Below, piece after piece: positions 54,504 through 64,000 of a DNA stretch of 64,000 nucleotides. Where the stretch lies: the NCBI GenBank assembly GCA_964016885.1, contig OZ024741.1:168826001-168890000 (forward strand), given 5' to 3'. Within the stretch, counting starts at the first letter, position 1. Every line of letters starts with the position of its first letter. The translations under genes and the position numbers were made by a program. This DNA is from Eledone cirrhosa. Its lineage: Eukaryota. The notes under the pieces were generated by a model that was given only the letters and a program-made list of their open reading frames with translations, had not been told where the DNA came from and made no database searches.

Positions 54504-54508
<5 letters not shown>
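53848..54508. repeat. Repeat family X, fold-back copy
   Basis: ~53923-54085 inverted at ~54345-54508; homologous to 48983-49186. Confidence 0.8.
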
Positions 54509-54552
<44 letters not shown>

Positions 54553-55549
54553 ATAATAATAAATTTGAAGACTAAAATCCAAAGAGGGCTCGATAAGGAT
54601 AAATATATATCAGATATATAAGAACCGTAGAGCAAATATATATATATATATATATAAATCAAAGTATTAACAAATGTTTCATTAGTCTCGTGTGTCTAAA
54701 AACCGCTGTTCGTTAAATGCTACGTCACTCGATTTTAAGTACAATTGATACCCGACCAAATCTTGAAAATATTAAACCCTATTGTACATCCTATCCATGT
54801 TATTCTTCACTCATTTACTATTATTACTCCAAGAACCTAAGAACTGCCTTCAATCGACCACCCGAACACCACAACTATGGAAACTTGTTGTTGAGTCAAA
54901 CAACGCCGAACGTTAAAAATAAACTCGATACGGAGTACTTAGATTGCCTTAAACGATATCTCGTTAGCTTATATATATATATATTTTTTTTCATTAACAA
55001 ATTCCAACCTCTACTTAATGATCTAAAAATCGGACCAAACTAAAACTGCAACAAACAATCAAACATTTATAAGAGTTACCTCCCTCACACCCTACCTAAT
55101 TCTTTTTCTTAAATAAATTAAATATCATCCAGCAAGAATTGCTTTCCCCCGCATATTAACTCTCTAAAAAGGGAAATCATATCAAACCTCAGTTCACCAT
55201 TTGCCTCCATCATAGAATCATGGATCAACTAAGCACTCTTGCTATATTAACACATTTTGATCTGCTTAACTTCAAGAACTATGCCTGTAAATAACATTAT
55301 TTTTTCTTTCACGCTCTACATTACGCCCGTTTTTTTGTTTTTTTTTCTTTTCTTTTTTCTTTTTTCTTTTTTCTTTTTTCTTTTTTCTTTTTTCTTTTTT
55401 CTTTTTTCTTTTTTTTTTTCTTTTTTCTTTTTTCTTTTTTCTTTTTTCTTTTTTCTTTTTTCTTTTCACTTCATAAACCTTGTTTGTAAATAACATTATT
55501 CTTTCTGCACCTTCTCTTTAACATGTGCGACACCATACTAATACATATC

Positions 55550-55596
55550 ATTATCATTTGATAAAATGCATAAAAATGCTGAAACCGGTAATAGAC
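55550..55596 (+). ncRNA. HHR-like motif, U3-A8 variant
   Basis: TTGATAA aat GCAT aaaa ATGC t GAAAC CGGTA; AATAAA and (TA)n downstream. Confidence 0.45.
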
Positions 55597-55787
55597 AATT
55601 ATTAAATATATAAATAGATAAATAAATGCCATAGTTAAATAATAAATAAATCAACTAATAGTTTAACACTTCACACAAAGTAAAACACTTCGTTTTCATC
55701 ATTTTCTAACCCAGAAAAAATAGAGAGAGAAATAAAAAAGGAAAAAAAAAATATTTTTCTTCCTAATAATCGTCTCTTTCTCCCTGT

Positions 55788-55844
<57 letters not shown>

Positions 55845-55847
<3 letters not shown>

Positions 55848-56653
55848 GAGGGTAATCCCAAAAGTAAGGTCTCCAAAGCGATGGGGACGCAGAGAAACTG
55901 TTCGTACGGCTGTTGGCAACACTGTTGTGATTGGTGCTTCCTTTCACTCCCAAACAAGGATGCGCGCGCTTCGGTGGAATTATCAATCTTGGCTTGGCAG
56001 CCGTTGAGAATGGAGCTCCCGTTGAACGCTACCGCCAAGTGCGAAGTTCGGGCAGTTATTCGGTTTTTGAACGCAAAAGGCATTGAACCGATTGAAATTC
56101 ATCGCCAATTGACGGAAGTGTATGGATGACAAAAACGTTTGCAAGTGGTGTAGAGTGTTTACAGACAGTCGCAAAGGTTGAGGAAAACATGCGTGAAGAT
56201 CGGCGGATCACTCTGGATGGTCTCTGCATTTTGGTTCCTGAGGTTTCCCGAAGCACCATCCACAGGATTTTAACGGAAAAATTGCAACTGTCTCCTCGGA
56301 AATTGACGGTCTCCCGCTCCTTTGTTCGTCGTGAATTTCAGTACGACCGGCTGTAAACTCTCTACACCACTTGCGAACGTTTTTAACATCCATGCACGAC
56401 TTTCCATACACTTCCGTCAATTGGTGATGAATTTCAAACGGTTCGACGCCTTTTGCGTTCAAAAACCTAATAAATGCCCGAACTTCGCACTTGGCGGTAG
56501 CGTTCAACAGGAGCTCCATTCTCAACGGCTGCCAAGCCAAGATTGAGCATCCCAGTGAAGGAAGCACCAATCACAACAGTGTTGTCAACAGCCGTACGAA
56601 CAGTTTCTCTGCGACCACATCGCTTTGGAGACCTTACTTTTGGGATTGCCCTC

Positions 56654-56656
<3 letters not shown>
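55845..56656. mobile_element. Fold-back mariner derivative (two 5' halves in inverted orientation)
   Basis: TIR acgagggtaatcccaaaagtaaggtctcc at both ends, within (TA)n; transposase N-terminus MELPLNATAKCEVRAVIRFLNAKG..EIHRQLTEVYG on both strands. Confidence 0.92.
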
Positions 56657-56696
<40 letters not shown>

Positions 56697-56699
<3 letters not shown>

Positions 56700-57427
56700 T
56701 CGAGTCCGCTTAAGAGTATACCCTCGGGAATGGAAAATAGTATACTCTTAACCGGACTATACTCTTATCCGGACTAAGTAAAAATATTCCATAGTATTAT
56801 TATTTTGAGTCTTTCAATGATTAAAAATCGCTTTATTATCGTTTAAAATGCATTTATAAGTAAAAAAAAAAATGAAGGTTACACCAAAAAATTCAACAAG
56901 AATTATTGCAAATTATAGATAAATTAAGCAGTATTTCAACATATTGGTATGTAATTTTTATTTCCTAAAAATAGTCCAAAATGCTTTTTTGCACTCGATT
57001 GCTCGCAATTTTTTTTTCAATCAATTCCTCAATCTCAGACAGAGTATAATTTTCTAAATTTTCAAACGATTGCATCATATAGGACCGTACAGTCAACAAA
57101 GCATTTATTCCTTTCTTCCAGAGATCTAAAATATTGATAAATGATTAAAGTTATGTTAGGTACCTATGCACATTGATATTAGAAATATAAAAATAATACA
57201 TACTAACCTTTCTAGTTAATTCGGTTTCAATATAATCTACTTCTTCCTCCTCTTCTATTATCATTTTGAATTGTTTTAAAATGGTTATGTTACATTATAA
57301 GCACAATTTACTTTACCGTATTCGTTATACTCTTATTCAGACTAAATTATATAGAAGATTTATAAACAGGAATTGATTATGCTATACTCTTATGCGAACT
57401 ATACTCTTATTCGATACCCATGTACTG
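56697..57427. mobile_element. pogo/Tigger-like MITE
   Basis: TA-CAGT...ACTG-TA termini; subterminal taagagtata/tatactctta repeats at both ends. Confidence 0.7.
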
Positions 57428-57445
57428 TAAAAACATAGTACATAA

Positions 57446-57488
<43 letters not shown>

Positions 57489-57538
57489 AGTATGTGTGTA
57501 TACGTACATACATATATGTATACAGACGTACAGTAGCA

Positions 57539-57616
<78 letters not shown>

Positions 57617-57628
<12 letters not shown>

Positions 57629-58092
57629 TACATACAGGTACATATACATATATGCACGTATCAGCTTAGCGGACGCTTATTATAACGCCGCTTTGTTCGT
57701 TTGTAAACAAACTGAACAGCCTGAATTTTTATGCCGTACGGTGTTAAGGCAACCACGTCACCTTTTTGTTCAACACTGACACAGGAACGATGTACTAGTT
57801 TCAAGCTTGTTAGCTATCATCAGCACCGTATACCCATCTGCCAGATAGTTGAACGTTCGAAAGTATATACTTTCCTTATGAAAATTAACGGCTGAGCAGC
57901 CTAATTTGCATATCGAGTGAGCTAAGTGTGTCAGTGTTGAACAAAAAGGTGACGTGGTTGCCTTAACACCGTACGGCATAAAAATTCAGGCTGTTCAGTT
58001 TGTTTACAAACGAACAAAGCGGCGTTATAATAAGCGTCCGCTAAACTGATACGTGCATATATGTATGTGTACCTGTATGTATATATGTATAT
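57617..58092. mobile_element. Fold-back element (~165-bp arms) with a minus-strand HHR in the spacer
   Basis: 57617-57782 is the reverse complement of 57927-58092. Confidence 0.88.
57787..57829 (-). ncRNA. Type I HHR, intact
   Basis: acggtg CTGATGA tAGCT aaca AGCTt GAAAC TA GTA catcgt; palindromic ACTAGT. Confidence 0.85.
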
Positions 58093-58323
58093 AATTGATT
58101 GGTCGGTAGATGTCACGTGAATGTTAAAAATTGATTTTGCGCCAAATGTAGGTTTGTCGAAGAGTGTCCTTTTTCGCCTGATTGAGAATTCACAGAAAAA
58201 TAAGTCTTTTAAGACAAACATGTGTGTGTGTGTGTGTAATGAAGAGGTTCATTGTTGTGATAATGGTCAGCAGGGATGTGTGTGCGAACCGCAGCCTGCT
58301 GACAGTTCAAATGCCTATTAAGA

Positions 58324-58415
<92 letters not shown>

Positions 58416-60080
58416 AGAGTAATTCGTGGTAGAGGGATCGGTCAGTAGGAATGTGCCTGTACTTCTGTGGGGGATATTTTAACATGTTGAAATACATTTT
58501 TCAGCTCTTGTCTTATACGGAGAAGTGTGTGTGTGTATATGTCTCTTTGTATGTTAGTGTACGCGTGTGTATGTGTGTGTGTATATATGTGTGTGTGTGG
58601 GTGGACCAGTATTTTTGTGATACTAGTAAAAATGGTGTACATTATTCGATATTTTCAGTAAAAACGATTCTCTCAAGAGAACATCAAAAACATTAATAAT
58701 AAAAGGTGTGAAATGATATATAGTATTGTCATAACACCAAGGTGTGTGTGAGTGTCCAGATTGTACGTACAGATTAGGCCCTGCCGTATTGGAATACTTG
58801 TGTACAAATATGTATGTGCCCATCAGTGTGCAATGCATGTGTGCGTATATGTATGTGTGTGTGTCGGCACGTTTATATCTATAGACATCAAAAGATATGC
58901 AAATTTGTGAATATTTGTGTTGCACCATAGAACATGTGTGTTTACGTATGTCATTGTGTTTATATGTGGATAGAGATGTATGTAGGATGTATGCTGATGT
59001 AGGTATGTATGTTGACGTGTGTATGTTGTGGGTTCGTCTTAGGGAGAAGTGTTTAGACGGGGTCCGTATTTGTTAATAAAGTGAGATTCCTTGCAGATGC
59101 GCTGGGTGTGGGTGGCAATATCTTTAAATTTGTAGAGGGGAAAGATTCTAAAGTTGGGATGATTTTGGGCGGCACAGGTATCAATGTGTTCACTCAGTGG
59201 TATTTTCCTGTATTCCCGTATTTTAATTTGGGATCTATGGACAGTCATGCGTTGGCGGAGGCTGTTTTGGTCTGGCCTATGTATTGTTCTCGACAACCTG
59301 AGCAAGTTAATACATATATTAGATTTTCTGATGCGCATGTGAAATTGTGTTTTACTATAAAACGTTGTCCTTCTTTGAAATAGGATTCCGAACCCTCTAT
59401 TAGGTTGATGCATATGCCACAGTTGGGTCTATCGCATTTTTTTTACTGTGGGTTTCGTTGTTGTGGTTGGCAGTACTTTGACATGTGTTAGGATGTTTTT
59501 CATTGACTTAGATTGTCTTTTGCTCTTTATGATATCGTGTGTTCGAAGGATTTGGTTCATTCTATGGTCCTTTTTTAACACAGGGATGTTCTAGAGGATG
59601 GTGTCACAGGCCTCATTGTTGAGGGGGTTGTGTGTGGAGATGTATGGAAGAGCTTTTAGTTTCGGTTGATTTACTTTAGGGTGTCTAAGGTCCTGGGTAC
59701 TGAGTTTTATGGCACGTTGGATTCCATTGTTAATTAGTGATGCAGGGTAGTCCCTGCCTATGAGTGTGTCCTTTAGTTCTTGTAGCTGTAAGTAACAGGT
59801 GTTTTTATTGGAGACTATAGTACATATTCTCTTGGCTAAGTTGTAGGGAATATTAATTTTAACGTGTCTAGGGTGGCAAGAGTTGAAAGGAAGATATTGC
59901 TTGGAGTCTGTGGGCTTGTAGTAAATGTCTGTTTCTATTTTTTTGTTATGAATCTTAATGAGGATGTCGAGGAAGGGGAGTTGTTGATGGCTGTATTCCA
60001 TCGTAAAGTTAATATTCGTGTTGAGCCCATTTATAAGGTTGTGAAATTCTTTAAGTTTCTCGATGTTTTCGTGCGAAATT
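58093..60080 (-). mobile_element. Second Neptune-like PLE, 5'-truncated
   Basis: ORFs 59591-60001 (LPFLDI..YKPTDSKQYL..HP) and 59039-59413 (GIY-YIG tail), homologous to 5983-6939; (CA)n-rich 3' UTR. Confidence 0.88.
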
Positions 60081-60184
60081 CCTAATTAAACTATTTTTCA
60101 CTGGGAACAATTTGTCAGCATTTTCTTTTCCTTTTACAAATATATCACAACTCGTGTGTTACAGCTCTATTCTTTTAAATAAGG

Positions 60185-60301
<117 letters not shown>

Positions 60302-60424
60302 GTATATATTATCCTTATCGTGCCCTCTTCGGATTTTAGTCTTCGCATTTATTATTATTACTATATACACACACACACATATATATGTATATATGTATAT
60401 ATTATATATATCAAAAGTATATAT

Positions 60425-61012
60425 TAACTTAAAAACTCATAATAGTCCCTTATGATTAAAATAGGTCAAGGAAAAGGTTTTCCGAGCCTTATTATATAAT
60501 ATAATAAACAGAGACATATACAAATATGCGTTCTAATCATAAGGGACCTAAACCGCCAGGGTGAATAAGATACTAATTATGAACTGTACGGTTTGCCAGA
60601 CTCAATTAAATGGATGTGTTAATCAATACGAACCGAATCATGATAACTATCAAAACATCCAGACAGCCTTTGGTAGGACTGTTTCGCAACAAAGTGGAGA
60701 GAGTTACAAATCCGATTGCTCTTCAATGGATGTACAGAATAGTACTCCCTTCACTCCTAAGATTCTTAGAAGACTAAATGAACCGCGTGTTTTAAGATAG
60801 AAAGAAAACGCACATGGCATCCAGTGCCTAGCGTGGCCTGTAAAACGTAGGTTACTAAAAATAGCAGCCAGATTCACTTGACATGTAAAAAGCTCGACAA
60901 AATTCTAGCAGCTGAGTTTATCAAAAGTGTATAGTTAGTAAAAAAAATTCATAATAGTCCTTTATAATTAAAATAGCCCAAGGAAAAATGTTCCGAGCCT
61001 TATAATATAATT
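60425..61012. repeat. ~515-bp unit bounded by ~70-bp direct repeats
   Basis: tcataatagtcc.t.at.attaaaatag..caaggaaaa..ccgagcctta at ~60437 and ~60949. Confidence 0.7.
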
Positions 61013-61015
61013 TAA

Positions 61016-61053
<38 letters not shown>

Positions 61054-61198
61054 ATTTAATGTAATATAATTTAATTATAATATAATTTAATGTAATATAT
61101 ACATATATGCGTTTGATTGGAACGCATATATGTATATATCTGTGTTTGTCACTCTTTATTATATTATATTATATATATATATATACATATGTATATAA

Positions 61199-61233
<35 letters not shown>

Positions 61234-61476
61234 GGAAAATGTTTAGCCTCCTTCGTTATATATATATATATGTATATATATATAACCGAGGAGGTTAAAC
61301 ATTTTCCTATATATATATACATATATATATATATATTTATATACATATGTATATATATATATATAATATAATAAAGAGTGACAAACACAGATACATACAT
61401 ATATGCGTTCCAATCAAACGCATATATGTATATATTACATTAAATTATATTATAATTAAATTATATTACATTAAAT

Positions 61477-61514
<38 letters not shown>

Positions 61515-61525
61515 TTAAATTATAT
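61010..61525. repeat. AT-rich palindrome centred near 61270, containing family-X termini
   Basis: gcgtttgattggaacgcat / atgcgttccaatcaaacgc; ataggaaaatgtt / aacattttcctat. Confidence 0.8.
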
Positions 61526-61538
61526 ATATATATATGTA

Positions 61539-61612
<74 letters not shown>

Positions 61613-62099
61613 ATTTAATGTATAATAAACAATAAACATATATAAATATGTATATATATATATATATATATATACATATTTATATATATTTCACGGATAC
61701 AGTTCCAGTATTAGCTTTTATTTCTTTTATGCATATTCCTATGTGTGTTAGTAGTTTATTCCATTCCATTAAATTCAATTCAATATCCCATTACATATTT
61801 TGTTCGATAATGATCAAGGCTGAAAAATATTTCGTTGGAAACATGAAGGTATTTTCAATATCAGTTTCATAAACTTTTAGTTGTTTCAGAATTAATGTTC
61901 CTATTATCAGTTGCATTTAAAATCTAAAAAAAAAAACACCAACTTTATCTCTATAGCCTCAGTAATGTTATGTCTGCTGATATTCTCTGAATGTTGTTTA
62001 TTTCTGATAAAAAAAAAATTAATAAAATATAGTCACATGTATGGTTGTGTGGTTAAGGAGATTGCTTTGCTCCTACTGCATGGGTATAGCTTCAGGTTG

Positions 62100-62122
62100 T
62101 CTCCTTCCTCTTCTTCTTCTTC

Positions 62123-62156
<34 letters not shown>

Positions 62157-62357
62157 CCCCCCCCCCCTTCCTCCTCCTCCTCCTACTTTTTCTTCTTCTT
62201 CTTCTCCTTCTTCTCCCCTCGCCCTCCCCCTCCTTCTTCTTCTTACTATTATTATCCCCCCTCCTCCCCCCTCCTTCTTCTTCTTATTATTATTATTATC
62301 CCCCTCCTCCTCTTCCTCCTTCTTCTTATTCTTCTTCTCCTTCTTATTCTTCTTCTT

Positions 62358-62449
<92 letters not shown>
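62100..62449. repeat. (TTC)n/(TTA)n/(TCC)n compound microsatellite
   Basis: Direct reading. Confidence 0.95.
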
Positions 62450-63093
62450 TAGAGGACTTTCGAGCCGGGGGCGATGGACAATTTCCAGAAATCCCTCGCT
62501 TGGCAGCGCTACCGGGGGGCACTGCCGGTTCGGGATAAACTCTACAGGCACAGAGGTGCTGTCAGACGGACCTGCCCGAGATGCGCGAAGAACGACGAAA
62601 CCGTTCTGCACACACTCGTCCAATGTCCGTGCATTTCTGATTTGTAGAGTTATGTCGAATAGCTACTGTCGCGTGTGGAACGAATCCGGCTATCGGCCGA
62701 GTCCATAGTGAAGATCGACCCGCCGCCTTCCTTAGGTCAGGAAGAGCAGGACATTTTCCTCTGTCTGGTGGCAGTTGCGAAAGAGGTTATATGGTGGACC
62801 AGGTTGAAAGGACTAAAGACAGACACTTTTCTCTTCGGCCAATCCCTCATCAACTTCTTCAAGTTTCACCTGGAAAGGAAGGTGAGGGTGGAGTGAGAAG
62901 TGCTGCCCCCCAGTTCATTTGCTAAAAGGTGGATGAATGTGGCGAGAATGGCTCGTGTGAATGGGCCTACTCTGACCATGCGCCTATAGGCTAACTAACT
63001 TGAGGAGAGGGGTGCTCTCCCTGGGTGTCCTAGAAGCGCAGGGTGGTTCAGGATTGGTGGAGTACCCGATCACCCCAGGGTTGTCCACCCCCT
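62450..63093 (+). mobile_element. Tx1-like LINE 3' fragment, same family as 15968-17412
   Basis: RIRLSAESIVKIDPPPSLGQE..AVAKEVIWWTRLKG is nearly identical to the 16788-17093 ORF. Confidence 0.88.
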
Positions 63094-63096
63094 ATC

Positions 63097-63265
63097 GATT
63101 GGCAGTATCGGTAGAGAGTCGGACACCATGCTTTGAAGCATAGAGTTACGTCCCTTTATGATCTGAGTTCAAATCTCGCCGAGGTTAACTTTGCCTTTCA
63201 TCCTTACGGGGTCGATAAAATAAAGTACCAGTAATGTACTGTGTAATTGCTGGCCTTGTGCCTAT
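63097..63265 (+). mobile_element. SINE family A with (TTA)n tail
   Basis: ggcagtatcggtagag..gcctttcatccttacggggtcgataaaataaagtacc. Confidence 0.88.
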
Positions 63266-63289
63266 TATTATTATTATTATTATTATTGT

Positions 63290-64000
63290 TGCATTTATCT
63301 TGCTTTATGTTCATACGAGTTATCACCAAGTCACAACCAGTGATCCCAAGAGACAACAAGGTACGCCATGTTCAAGAAAGAACACACATACACACACATG
63401 CATCTTTAGGTGTTTAGACTTGTGATGTACTTATATTGACAGAATCTTCCTTAGTATATGGGCAGTTCCCATTAGTACTATCTTTTGTATTTCTCCTATA
63501 CGCGGGTTTCCTGGGATTTGCGATAAGTAATCATTAGACCCCTTAGGTATCATTCCTAGAGCGCCTACAACCACTGGTATCGTTTTAGTTCTCAATTTCC
63601 ACAATTTTCCAATTTCTATCTCCAGGTCCTTATACTTGCTCAATTTTTCAAATGTTTTTATAGATATATTCTTGTCTATTGGAACGGACATATCAATTAG
63701 CAGGCATACCCTCTTTTTAAAGTCCTTCAGTATTATATCAGGTCTATTTGCATCTATTTTTCGGTCTGTTTGCATGCTAAAGTTCCACAAGATTGAGGTG
63801 TGATATTTTTCAAGTACGGAAGGTGGTTGATGCTCCCACCAATTCTTTTGATGGGGCAGTTCAAAATGCTTACACATTATCTAATGTATGTATTGCGCAG
63901 CTCTGTCGTGCCTGTTTAGGTATTCGATTGGAGCACATTGAAATTATATGATCAATGGTCTCTGGTTGTTTTTTACATACACGGCATAATGGGCTGCATC
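63290..64000 (-). mobile_element. R4/Dong-like LINE 3' end (zinc knuckle + REL endonuclease), runs off the window
   Basis: YLNRHDR; TDRKIDANRPDIILKD..LIDMSVP..KLSKYKDL..PVVVGALG; 3' end abuts (TAA)n. Confidence 0.88.

Noticed and set aside
61911-62708. 265-aa ORF
   Set aside because: Microsatellite translation fused out of frame to a Tx1 fragment

Overview
AT-rich, microsatellite-laden metazoan DNA. The repeat inventory ((TA)n/(CA)n tracts, Meta-domain-like tRNA SINEs, RTE, Tx1, R4/Dong and Penelope-like elements) resembles an octopus/coleoid genome; this is inference. I found no convincing host protein-coding gene, and almost all ORF-track calls are microsatellite artefacts or transposon remnants. 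Recognisable elements: two Neptune-like Penelope-like elements (PLEs; RT+GIY-YIG), two degenerate Naiad-type PLE GIY-YIG fragments largely missed by the ORF track, three R4/Dong-like REL-endonuclease LINEs, two Tx1-like fragments, several RTE fragments, a Buster/Charlie hAT element with an exact 8-bp TSD, a fold-back mariner, a pogo-like MITE and many SINEs. The main hidden signal is non-coding: about 19 intact or degenerate type I hammerhead ribozyme (HHR) motifs (core CUGANGA or UUGANAA...GAAA, short palindromic stem III), mostly in fold-back elements embedded in (TA)n. The best case is a retrozyme-like array of 312-bp structured units at 47668-48951, each carrying one HHR and inverted at the ribozyme itself. 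All coordinates were read by eye and all ribozyme folds are manual; nothing was computed.
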